NCBI GenBank assembly: GCA_003971905.1
Contig: RSEE01000012.1
Span: 248,001-312,000 of the forward strand
From: Moniliella sp. 'wahieum'
Taxonomy: Eukaryota
Direction of reading: 5' to 3'
DNA: 64,000 nucleotides
The notes under the pieces are model-generated. The model was not told the DNA's origin. It saw nothing but the letters and a program-made list of their open reading frames with translations, and did no database searches. Made by a program: the position numbers and the translations under genes. The stretch's first letter is position 1, and every line of letters begins with the position of its first letter. Below, piece by piece: positions 12,145-24,005 of this stretch.

Positions 12145-13686
12145 GGTGGCGGCGGCGACGGGTGTGGGAGCCAGGAAGGACCAGGTACGGAGGCGCAGCG
12201 GCGACGCGGCGGCCCACCCAGGCCAGCGTCCGTCCTAGTCAGCTTGGCCGCGGCGCCGGCCTGGCAGGAAGATCCCATTCCGCCCGCGCCGGGTTCCGCG
12301 CGGGGGGGCCTTGTAGCTTGAACGTTGAACGTTGAACGTTGAACAGCACAGACGGGTGGCAAGGTGTGTTTCAATGTTGCAGTGCCGTTTCACGCGCTGG
12401 GGCGCGCAGAGGGGCAGTGGCCGGCTGCTACGGCCGGCTGACGGGTGGGAAGCAGCCAGGAGGCGGCTGGGCAGACATCTGCCGACCCGATTTCGGGACA
12501 CGACTTTGTGGACACTGCCCCCTCAGCACCTCCCAGCCCATCCTCACAGCCTCACCAATCATCGACCAACCCCCATCCCACATCTGTCGACCATCCTTCC
12601 TTCCGCGCCGCCCCCGCTGCCCCGCTTCCCCAGGCCCTTCTGCAGGCGCAAGCTGCGTCGGGGTTGCTATATCAAGCTGGTCGGTGAGGGCACAGGGGTG
12701 GGTGCAGGGGAGAGGATGTGGGTAGCGGGGAGGGGCGCGGGGTGGCCTTTTGGACAGGGACATGGCCAAGGACTTGAGGAAGATCCATAGATCATCCATC
12801 ATCTCAATCATCTCTCAGTGTGACGCGCATTGCACTGTCAGCGCTCAGCGGTTCAGGGCTCTGGCGCTCAGACCCAAGTCCCGACTGCCCCCATCCAGAC
12901 GTTGGAGCCCATCTTGCCCCCCCCACGCCTCCCCCAAGGCCGGGCAACGACAGCGACAAGCGATGGCGATGGAGGCCGCGGCATCACAGCAATGCCATGC
13001 TTGCTTGCGACACAAAGCGATGATGCGTGATATAAGATGGTATCACTAGTAACTGCCCTGGATGTTGAACGCGGCCATGGCCAGGTGCTTGAATGTATTG
13101 CAGACGCCAGCCCCGCTCTGTCCGATGGGCGAGGATGGTGATACCGGGGCTGGAACCCGACTGGGCACGGCCGGCGCCGTGCTAGGAAGAGGCATGGCAG
13201 AAGGCATGGCCAGCTGGCGGACAAAACAGGGATCATCGATCAGGCCAGGCGGCGTGGGTACGTACGTGCGCTATACATACTATTGCTCCCTATACCATCG
13301 ACCATCCCCGACAGAGGCACTGGGCCCGTGCGCCCAGCAAGGCTCCGTTGGCTCGCATTGGCCCGGGGCTTTTCTTCTCATCCACAGCCGCTCAGCGCCC
13401 AGGGCACCACTCAGCGAACACACCACTGCGGCCTTGTTCTCCTGACTGGCTCGCTTACGGCCGTCGTCGTTGCCGTCGTCCCCACTGTCCACCACGCGCC
13501 ATGCCCCCAGTGTCCACGTGCGTTGCTTCCCCCAGCGCCCTTCTGGCTTTTTCTGACGCTCTTCTGCCCCCCCCCCCACCCCCCCCCCACGCAGTCTTAG
13601 GCCCTCCCCCCGTCGTCCATGGCCCCCTCTGTGCTGCCCCCACCTGCATGCGAGCCATTGCTGCCGCACAGCAACGCCACACGCCG

Positions 13687-14961
13687 ATGAACCCGTCCAG
13701 CAACCCCACCAAGTCCCGTCAACCCCTTCTCGACGGCACAAGTCCCGCCCCAGTGATGCCGCTGACCAGCCCTCCCACCCCTCTCGTGCTCGTTCGACGC
13801 GCGACCCAGCCGCCGAACCCGCTTCTGACGCTCGCCGTGCTCGTTCCCACCGCCCCCCGGGCACCTTCGAACTCAGGGAAAGCGTCTGACGCTTGTGACC
13901 GACCCGAAGGGAACAGGCGCGATCCCACGTCCCCCAGGATGGAGGCGGCCGTTTGCGCAAGCCGCTCAAATCAAGACATGAGCTGCACGACGAGCTGATG
14001 GCCGCCCAGGCCGACCTGGACTGGCTACAGGACAATGTGTGTCCCATGTGTGCCCAGCCGGTCCAAGGACGGCAACTGTACTGTTCCCCCGCATGTCAAG
14101 CGCGGGACTTGGGATCCCCCACCAGCCCGGCGACGCAGTTCTTTGGTTTGTCATTGCCACCCGTTGGCGCGGGACTCTTCCCTGCCTCTAGCCCCGTGTC
14201 GATGCGCCAGCGCAAATCTACCTCCCCTCCGCCGCGAGTCAGGGATCCGTATCGACGACCGTGTCGGGTGGCGAAGCAGGGTTGTTGCATCCCGACCGTC
14301 TCGCCCCTGATCTCCGGCGCGACTCTGCCTCGACACATGGAGGATCCGAATCGGAAGCACTGCCGACTACACCTTGTTTACCGATCTCTACCCGCTCCGA
14401 CCTTGACCCCGTCACATTTCGTCTGCCTCCCCCCGCTACCTCGACCACCTCGGCCACCTTGGCATCTACCTCCTCCTCGACCGCCTTGGCATCTGCGTCC
14501 AGCTCAACCGCTTTGGCATCTACCTCCACCTCGCTCCCGCCTGTGCCCATCAGCAGCAGCTTCAGTTTGCGGTACACCCCCGTCCCTCCCGAGCCTCCCG
14601 CCCGCCGCCCGTGTTACTTGAAAGTCCACAAAGTCCGATCGCCCCCTCGCCCTTTCTACATCGGCGGCACCGCTCTTGCGCCGCGGCGGTCGTACCTTCT
14701 CCCTGGCCTGTGCCCATGCGTCCAGCAGGTCCGACGAGCATGGAAGCACCTCCCCTTCTCGAAGGCAGGATGTCCCCACCTGCTTTGCCCTTGCGGTCCT
14801 CGCGGTCCTCGCGTTCTGGATCCTATGTCCCGCCTATGGCCTTGCCCTTTCTTCGTCCGCACCGTCCCGCCTCACTCACCACAGCGCCTACGACCCTCAT
14901 GTCCCCTTCCTCGGTTTCGGCCTTTGCGCAACGATGGACGCCACGCCCACAAAGCAAGTAA
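13687..14961 (+). CDS. Ser/Pro-rich protein with an Ecl1-like Cys4 zinc-binding motif
   Basis: WLQDNVCPMCAQPVQGRQLYCSPACQARD (CxxC...LYCSxxCxxxD, Ecl1-family pattern) at ~14020-14108; the rest is low complexity. Boundaries inferred across frameshifts. Confidence 0.6.
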
Positions 14962-15000
14962 CCGTAACCGCTTCCGCCCGATGAGGTACCAACTGGCTTG

Positions 15001-15038
15001 GCCCGTCTTGCCCCGTCTTGCCCCGTCTTGCCCCGTCT
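15001..15038. repeat. 10-bp tandem repeat (CCCCGTCTTG), about 4 copies
   Basis: gcccgtcttg ccccgtcttg ccccgtcttg ccccgtct read directly. Confidence 0.85.
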
Positions 15039-17007
15039 GGGGCCCTGGGCGGCCTTGTTCTCTTCTCTGAGCCATCGCACACGTCCCGTTTGCTGGGATG
15101 CATAGATGGACCGAGCTGGCACCTTGGCCGACTTGGCCCTTCTGGAGCCTCTGGTACCATATGGCCAGATTTGACTGAGCATCGTCGCTTGGGAGCTGTG
15201 GACCTGGCCTCGGGTTCCTTTTTTGTTCCTTTTCTTCTTTTTTCCCTTTTCCTGTCCTCGTGCGTGTCCATTCGGAGTCTCTGGGCTTCGCTTCGCATCA
15301 CCCCTCCTCCTTCTCCCTTCTCCCTTTCTCCCCTTCTCCCCTTCTCCCCTTCTCCTCCCCTTTCTCCCCTTCTCTCCCCCTTCTCCCTTCTCCCCCTTTC
15401 CTCCTTTTCCCGGACGAGCAAGGCGGAAACGATCCGTCTAGCCTAAAAACAGAGGGGGTTCTAGCCACCGTCTCTTTCCCCCTCCCCTCTTCCCCCTTTC
15501 CTCCTTACCTCTTTCCCCTTTGGGACAGCACCCAACGATCCATACACATCTTTGATCGGAGGATCAAGTATATCCCATTCCATTCAACATATGGTCCCTT
15601 CCCAATCGGTGTCGTGTGTGGCTAAGCTCCTACGTGAAACCGGTAAGGTTACCGGTTAGACGGCGCTATAGGCTCGGCAAGCAGATTAGGCTGTAAGCAA
15701 AGCCGACTCACACCGTGAGGGGTGTGGACGTGGTAAACCCCAAAGCCAACAAAAAGGGGTGCCTTGCAGAGCCCGTACCCTGAGCGCCTGAGCCGAGAGA
15801 GGGAGAAACCGTTCAAGTTGGCATGTTATATCGAACACTCTCTGGCACGTGCCCAACGTGGTGGGGGGGAGGGGGGGTGCTCAGTTCTTATTAGTGGCTG
15901 CGTGGCGCGTAGGGGTGGGGTGTATGACATGTCGAAGATTGGATGAAAACCGGTGTATTCCTTCTTCGGCGCTGAGGTACCCGCCCCTGCTCTTCTGCTG
16001 GCGATTCCCCTGTTCTCCTCTCTCCTCTCTCATCGATCCTCCGGAATGTAGACACCACAAGACCAATATAGTATGTGTGAGCGCAACGGAAGAAAGGAAC
16101 AGCTGCCGATCTTGTGGCCGAAAGGGCGCAGTATCAGTCGTATATAGTTGCTCTTGCAAAGAACTTTAGTAGCGTCATAGGGATCGATACTCTCTCGCGA
16201 CTCAAGCATAGCATTTCTGGTTGTGAATCCCGACTTGGTTAGTAGCCATACTCGGCTAAGTGACCGACTGGATGAGGCGAGAATCAATGCGGTAGAGCGA
16301 TGCGGTAGATACAGGTGAGATGTCCACAGTATATATATACCTCGGACCCTTGGCGGGCCCAGATATTTCACAGCCTACTACTACTACTAAGCTTGTGTCT
16401 AGGGCTACTTCTCACTGCAGTCCACAGAGCTGCGGGAGAAGTTGAAGGTGTAGATGGGGAAGGATCAGAGATTGTCTGGAGGGAGTGAGGGTCATGCATT
16501 ACCCTGTTATTCAACGGCCAAAAAGCCCGTCGGACGGGAGTTGTTTATACTTTTCTATAATATCTCTCGCCGTCTTCGCAATATATGCCAGATAGAAACG
16601 AGGAATCCTGAGGAGAATACGTATTTTGGCCACACACCGGGGGCCCGGACCCATAATTGCAGACACGTTTGAAGTAACACACATACGAGGATCGATGGTA
16701 TAATCACATGACGGAGAGGGGTGTATCGAATCAACAAAAGATATACACAGACAGGATGAATATGTGGTACAATAGTCGTTCAGAGTCAAACCAGGCATAC
16801 AAGAGGGGAAGAACTGGTATTTGCTCAACTGCAACTAGTCCTGGTGAACATGCAGACCGATGCCTTTTTACGATTGGACCAACGGGCCGCGCAATTTGAA
16901 AGGGATGAAGAAATGGATGTGAACGAGTGGTAGCCAATGTATATGATACGCTCTTTGGTGAATCTTGCGGCTCACACCCTCACACCACAAACCTGAGCAG
17001 AACAGGG

Positions 17008-17817
17008 CTAAAGAATGTGGCACTTCATGCCACAACACTTGGATTGCCCATCTTGATCTTCGTTCCGCGCCATAACACCGGCGGTACCACCCCGGCTCGG
17101 GCGATAAGCGAGACTTGAAACAGCAGCAACAGCATCAGCGTCCGAAGCACCGCGACCAGTGGGAATACCCTGAGGAGCAGCTTGATTCGTCTTCGAGGAC
17201 GGTTGGTTGGGATAGTCAGGGGCCGTGTGATGGGCTCTTGTACCAGGATGCGGCCTCGACCACTGGGCCATGGCCCCCGCCTCTGGAACGTGCTGGGCGA
17301 GAGGGTTGGAGGATGAAGGAAGAACATTCGTAAAGTTTGGGACAGGACTAGCAACACTGTGCATAGCTGCACTAGCACCGAATCCGCCTCCTCCCGGAAA
17401 CGTGCCTGGCCTGTGCCATGCGCTCGCGGAAAGGTTTCCTAAGGAGGGTCTGTGCCTTGGTCGTATGCGGGCAACAATATCGGTTAGACTGCCGTGATAG
17501 GCCACATGGTCTACGGGAACCCAGCGCGGCCTGGGCTTATTGGCCATGATCATCCCTCTTGACCGAGTTCTTTGGTCACGCCGAGGGGCATTCGGGGTCT
17601 CGGCGAGTGGGTGCGGCCCCTCCACTCGTCGAGTTCCCTCTTGCTCTTCAACTTGAGGAGGGGCCGCCATGTCCGTTCCACTGGCTGCTATACTGCCCGA
17701 TTCCGTTATCATGGACTGTTGAGAGTCAGCCGCACCAATGGTCGACGCCTGCCTTTGAAGGTCGCTTTCAAGGCCAAATGGTTCTTCGCGGTGATGACGG
17801 CTGGATGCCCTGGACAT
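17008..17817 (-). CDS. Hypothetical disordered protein
   Basis: About 270 stop-free codons from ATG 17817 (MSRASSRHHREEPFGLESDLQRQAST...) with protein-like composition; no recognisable domain. Confidence 0.4.
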   Translation of the reverse strand: MSRASSRHHREEPFGLESDLQRQASTIGAADSQQSMITESGSIAASGTDMAAPPQVEEQEGTRRVEGPHPLAETPNAPRRDQRTRSRGMIMANKPRPRWVPVDHVAYHGSLTDIVARIRPRHRPSLGNLSASAWHRPGTFPGGGGFGASAAMHSVASPVPNFTNVLPSSSNPLAQHVPEAGAMAQWSRPHPGTRAHHTAPDYPNQPSSKTNQAAPQGIPTGRGASDADAVAAVSSLAYRPSRGGTAGVMARNEDQDGQSKCCGMKCHIL

Positions 17818-18359
17818 GATGGGGGTCGGATGCTTGTCCGATGTTGAGCGAAAGAGAAGAGGGTACTGGTTGTTGGGCGTAGGGGAGCTGGTGAGCACCG
17901 ACTGGCATTTCCGAAGGTGAGATCGGGGGAAGGTTGGAGTGGCTGGCAACGTACGTGCGTGAGAGGATCGTCGAAAAGGGAGTGCAGTGGTGGTGCGAGA
18001 GTTATCTGCAAAGGAGATTGCAGCATATACTATTTGCAACGTATATAGACGCCTTGCCGAGCCTCAATCGCTTGTAACACCTAGTATATATGCTGTACGC
18101 GACATGGCTTTCGTTCCGGTTGGATTTCGGATCAGCAGTATATGCCTCCTTTCTATCTGGCACCGGAACCAAGCGCTGGCCTCACACTGCCACCCCACAA
18201 CCAAGCTACGGAAGCAATCCCTTAGGTCTTAGGTCTCCGGGGAGGCCAGGAGCCAAGTATTGCAGGTGTTTTGATCCAATCGGATTTCCACGTGGCCAAA
18301 CAAGGTGAGATCCATGCGAGACCCAAAGAGGGCAACATATGGCAATGAACACCGCTCGA

Positions 18360-19390
18360 TCAGTGTTTGGGCGGGTTGTACTGCAGCCGGCGGTTGGTAA
18401 TCGAAGCCCACTTGTACCTCTTGACCCAAATGGAAAGGGCAAGCATGTGTGGAAGCAATGATCATGTACTGGAACCCCATCTTCTTGCGCTCATCGTGCT
18501 CTGGCGAGGCGGCCCAGCTGAGGAAGGTCACAACATCCTTGGCCATCTGCGACGTGGTGGCCGGAGTGCCATCCTCGTACTCGACTAGCCCGTCAAACAG
18601 GACACGGGCCATACCAATCTGGGTGCCAGGGAAGTAAGGGTTGAAGTTCATGCCCTCGGGCACGTGCACACCAGCTGGTGGGTCCACGTAGCCAGTCAAA
18701 AGAGAGAAGATGTAGTCGGCACCCGAGTGACGGGCCTTGACCATGAGCGAAAGGTCCGGCGGCAGGGCACCCTGGTTGGCAGCACGCGACGCCTCGTCGT
18801 TAGGGTACGGGGCAGGAATGTAGTCGGCCAGCTTACCCGGCCGCGTGAACATCTCTCCCTCGTCGTTGGGCCCGTCCTGGTACTCGTAGTCGGCAGCGAT
18901 CTCCTTGACCTCGTCGACCGTGTGAGAGACACCAACCAGGTTGCGCCACGCAATGCGAGTCAGCGAGTGGCACGACGCGCACACTTCACGGTACACCTGG
19001 AACCCACGGCGGATGGAGGCGTGGTCGTACGTCTCAAAGTGGCCGAGGTGCGGCCAGGGGTAGGCGGTCGGGTGCAACCCTTCGTCCTTCTCATTGGCGC
19101 TGACGGCAGGGAGGAAAGGAGCCTCGCCAAAGGCGCTGGCGTACAAAGCGATCCCACCTACAACGGCCGCAGTGGATCCATACGCAGCGGTGCGAGAGGC
19201 CCAGAAGGGAGCCTGGGCCGGAGCAGCGTTGGTCGCCGTGGAGGCGAAGCGAGACTGCGGAGGACAAGCAACGTCAGCAAACGTCAACATTCGTCAGTCG
19301 GCGGGCTCGAAGGGCAAGGGACAGAAAACGTACGCCCTGGGCACCGAGCGTGGCAGCGCGGCCAGCGGCCGAGCGAAGGAAAGAGGCCAT
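18360..19390 (-). CDS. CYT1: Cytochrome c1, mitochondrial
   Basis: Presequence [15 protein letters not shown], intron 19255-19333, heme motif [60 protein letters not shown], then C-terminal TM and ...YNPPKH*. Confidence 0.97.
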
Positions 19391-19950
19391 CGTCACCGCC
19401 TCGAAGCGCGAGCTCGTCGTTGTGGAGAAGCAAGAAGGCCCGCCCGCAGCCCACAGCGGCCTGCCTCGCTGAGCGCTGATCCCTACGCGCCGCCCTCAGA
19501 CTCGCGCTGTGCCGATTTGTAACAACGGGCCGCCCGCACGGGCGCAGTGTCGGGTCGTCCCGCCTGCCGCGCCCGAACACAGCTCGTGTGCCAGCGGTGC
19601 ACCACATTACGTATGCCATTAATAATTGACGCATTTCAACCCAGCTGCGGTGGTTCGGACAGAGATCTGAAATTGCCATTGGCCCAACTGGGCGGGCGAA
19701 GCAGGCCTCACCACCACCGCACTTCTACCACACTCGGTCTCTGCTCGGCCTTCTCCCATCCGTGGTCGAGGAAGGAGCCTGTTTGTCTGTCGTGCGATGC
19801 GCTGCCGGAGCGTACTGAGTACTGACTACAGACTATCGGATCTGGAAGCTGGTACTGTGGACACACCAAGGAAACGGAGGGCATGGGGCGTGTGGGAATG
19901 AAATGCGGATGGATGCAAGAAAGGAAGATGAGACGAGCAGAAACCGATAA

Positions 19951-22900
19951 TTAGAAGAGAGCCGTTGTTCCGACACAGGACCGAGAGACCAACAACACCC
20001 GTACGTGCAATGCGTATTCAAAGGAAACCTCACTCCGACCGCCCCACGGGTCGCGGAAGGAGCGCGGCGGATCGGCCAGCCAAGGCATCGCAGAATCCGG
20101 GCGAGAGCTGTGCATGTAGTTGGTCGGATGGTGGACGCGGTACGGGTTGGGGGGGAGGGAGGAGACGGCGCCAGGGTGGTGCGGTAAGGAAAAGGGCCGA
20201 CGTTGTGGCATGGGGGACGAAGCGGAGGAAACAGAGGTCACTTGGTTCTGGCCAATCGAAGCACGCGATGTGGCGCCCGGGCCGGTTGCAGAGGCATGGG
20301 CGGTGAGGGAACGGCCTGGACCAGTAGAGTTGAGCTGGGCGTTGCTCATCAAGTCGCCGGGCGCATACGACATGGTCGGTTGGCCGAGTCTACTCCATTC
20401 GGCGGGACCCGCTCCCTTTGGCCCAGGGGGGTTAGGGGCGCGACCATCGTGTGCGTGAGAAGGCCGGATTGGCCACCCGGGGCGGCATACAGATTGCGGC
20501 GATCCATAGTGTTTAACGCGTTACGGCCCACTCCTGTGCCGGGTGTCCGGAACACCCCGGGCGAGTGTTTGGGCCAGGGGTCCGGGTCCGGTCGAGGTCG
20601 CTGGACCCATCAAAACCATTATAATATGCCCAACGCGGGGGGTGTCTTGCTTGGGCTTGGATGACAAGGGGGGTGGCATGCGAGCATTGAACGGCATTCG
20701 GGACGGGGTGAGGGGCACCTCCGGATGAAGGTACTGCCCAGCATCGTCGCTGCCCATCACGTCGTAGGCGTCCATACTAGGTTGAGCCATGTACGAGTTG
20801 GGGTTGCCGGGGGAGCTGTGCCGGCCGGGAAACGGGGCTGACGCAGCTATGTCCGACGGACGGACACCCACGGGCAGCTGGGCACCGTTGGGGGGGAGTG
20901 CCAAGCGGAGTGAGATAGGGAGGAGAGGACGACACATTGTCGGACGAAGTAGTCGACAGCGATGCGAACGACGGATCGTTAAGCATCATGCGACGGTCTT
21001 CACGGTTGCGGGCGTACCCAGGTGTTGCCGAAAGGCGCACAGGCATGGAACAGGGACCAGGTTCGAAGCGCTGCCCGCTCCAAGCGTCGAGTTGCTTCCA
21101 TCGTTTTTCGAGCCTCCACTCCCACACTTCCACCACTTCCGCTGCCGCTCGTGTGCTCGTTGCCCGTCCTCGGCCATCCAGCTCCGAGCGGCTTGGTTGC
21201 GCTGCCAGAGCCCTACTGTCGGCTTCCACCTCGGGGGTAAGGGCGAGACAGCGGGTGTGGGTCGCCTTGGTTCCATATGGTGGTGATGGTGATGATGATG
21301 TTCGTGATTGTGGTGTGGTTGTGGGCATGAGAATGATACATCTTCAACCGATGGAACCGTCCGTTACATCCTTGACCTTCTCTTGCGGATTCCACGCATT
21401 TAGACCCGGACCCACCACGACGGTCGTAGTGCTTGCGCCACGAGTCGAGCTCAATCATGGGCGAGAAGGGTACGATGTGATGGAAGATTCGACAGCGGAA
21501 CTCAGCCCATATTGCCACCGTCTTCGTCTGACAAGAGCCACGGAGTTTGGACGTACTCCACTGGCAAGTTGCGCAAAACGGGGAGCCACGTCTGACGTAA
21601 TCCCGGGCCAGTCAAAGTCAAGAGCTTGTTTGATGGTGTTGAACTGACGAGAGGCACGTGGATCGTTCCCTACACCCGCGACATATTGCCTGAAAGATAA
21701 GAAAGTAAAGTTGGTTAGTTCCGAGCCAGTCCTTAGGCAAGAATTAGAGGCGAAAGGGGGGAGGGGGGGAGGAACGTACCAATTTCCATAGTTGGACGTG
21801 GCGTCATAGTCGATCAAGTGACTAGCGAAGAACTCGGCTCCCACGCGCAGTCGCAAGCCAAATCCTTGGACAAGAACGATGCCACATTTTGCCGTCCACG
21901 GTGGACATGAACCCGCTTTCGCGCAGTCGGTGACATTGGCATCGATAAAGGGATGCCGGTGCGTGCCTCGAGCACACGAGTGACCTGGTTGTTAGGTTCA
22001 TCAACAAGGGGGTCCCACATTTTCCACCACGACTGCTTCTTTTCTGCCTGGCGCGGATCGGTCACCGTCTCAAAGCCACCGAGAGAGTAAAGAAGGTCGC
22101 CAAACTTGGCAGCTGCAAGGAAAAAGTAGTCGCGCCACATGAGTTCGAATCGGACCCAGTAGGTGTTCTGGTCTTCGCCTAACCGTCCCTCCAGTTCGTC
22201 CAACACTTCCCAGATCTGACGAGCAGAAATGCACCGTACGCAAGGAAGGGCGACATTTTGGTACTGTACCGGACCCAACAGGTTATTCTGGTTTGCTTGT
22301 ACCGGGCCACGGGCGGGAGCCCTTCGCGCGCCGCGGGCCTGTCGCCATGCGGCCGCGAACAAAAGTACCCACTCGAGTCGCTCCAGAGCCGACGTCTCAC
22401 ACCACGGAAGGGGAAGGCGGAAGCAGTGTGACGCGAAGTGAGCATCGCATAGTCGTTCATGCTTCCGCACACTGAGGCTGGATGATAGCGTGGAGAAGAA
22501 ACTTCATCAAGTCATCCCATGAGATGGCCTCTTCGGTTTTCTTCCTTGGCCTGGCCGGTTGCTGCCGCATAAGTAGGAGGATGGGGAGATTGGTGGTCGC
22601 ATCCCACCGTTGAGGACACCGTTGATATCGGAACGAGGATCGATAGTAAGGGAGTAATTGCGAGTGTCCTGGATCCGGGGTGGAAACGGTTTGAAACGGG
22701 TGGGAGGTTGGGCCGTGGAGCGAACCATGCGCTTGCCTACGACTCGGCTCGTTTCCGGAAAGGTGTAAATCATCCGGGGTTCCTTGATGTCAAACGGCAA
22801 GTCGGCCGGGTGGATGAGAGTTTTGCCATACGCAAAATTGAGCGGGACCGTCGATGTGCACCGTCTTGGCCACCGCATTCTCAATCGCGATATCTTCCGA

Positions 22901-24005
22901 AGCAGCCTCCTTCTGCATCCATACTGCCTCAACTGAGTCTCCTGTGCTTGCAGCGAAGCGACCCAGCTCATCCACCATTTCCGTCTTGCCAAACGAATCA
23001 GCAGATCTGAACCACGCTTCAGCAGGTTTGCCGCAAGTCCGCCACAACACTCAACAATGAGCGAACCCGGAACGCCCGTCTTCCAGAACCCGTACTTGGC
23101 GTGCGGGCTTCCGGACCTGACGTTCGTAGTTGGGCAAGCCCGAAAGCTCAATGACCCTTTCGTCAAATACGAAGAGCGGGAGAATGTACTGCGACTGCGA
23201 AGCAGGTTCCACTCGTCGGAAAAGACACCACCACCATTCATACCTTGTACCGAATGGTTGGGCAAGCCAGGCCCAAGAAGGCTTGCCCAGGCCGATATTG
23301 GTACGGTACCCGCTCCGCTCCAGATCATCGCCCATCCAGGGGGTGGGGGTGGGGCACGGTCCCGATGGGCCGAGGTGAAAAGGGGATTGTCATGAATGCG
23401 CAGATCGTTGCGGAGCAACACGATCAAAATTGACCGTCCTTCTGCATCCGTCACAGAGACGGTCCCTGTGGACGCAGGGGTACGGGAGCTGCACCGTCCG
23501 TGGAACTGGCGGTGGTGCGATCGGTCGAGTCGTGTGTGCCGCTGCTGGGGCCTGTTCCGAGTGTGCTGGAGGGGAGGGAGATGGCGGAACCTGTCTCGCT
23601 TTCGCCTGGGCCATACTCGGAGGAGTTGGCTTCCGAACGTCCCGCTCGGCTCTTGGGGCTAACCAGCGAATCCGAGCCGGTACGGTTCGAGACGGCAGGA
23701 GACGGCTCGGTGGCGCGTTTGGCTGCGATCGAGGCAGCTACGTCAAGACGTTGGCAACCGAGTCGGACGCAGGGGACCTGCATCTGCGCGCCGCCGGAAT
23801 CGAAGTGGCGATCTGAGATTTCAGAGACGGAGCGGCGCGGACTCGAGTCCGAGGACGACTTGTCGGATTGGTTGCCACTGCTCCCCCGAGCCCGAGCCAG
23901 AAGCGGATGTTGGGGGGTCCGGCGAGAGCGGTAGCTGCTGTCGGTGGGTCCCGTGTTGTTCCCCACGCAGAGGACGTCGTGGCCATTGGTCCAGTTGGGC
24001 TCCAT
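19951..24005 (-). CDS. Cryptochrome-DASH (photolyase family); core ~21400-23454, long low-complexity extensions inferred
   Basis: ILIVLLRNDLRIHDNPLF, LPLFVFDERVIELSGLP, YWVRFELMWRDYF, ARTGIP, RGRQNVASFLSKDL, HLIDYDATSNYGNW | QYVAGVGNDPRASRQFNTIKQALDFD (DASH-type GVGNDPR). Intron 21690-21779. Both termini are uncertain. Confidence 0.85.

Noticed and set aside
10118..19390. Apparent cluster of mitochondrial genes (bS6m, bL31m, Mzm1, CYT1)
   Set aside because: Beyond the Mzm1-bL31m junction, the genes are interspersed with unrelated ones, and this density of mitochondrial genes is plausible by chance.
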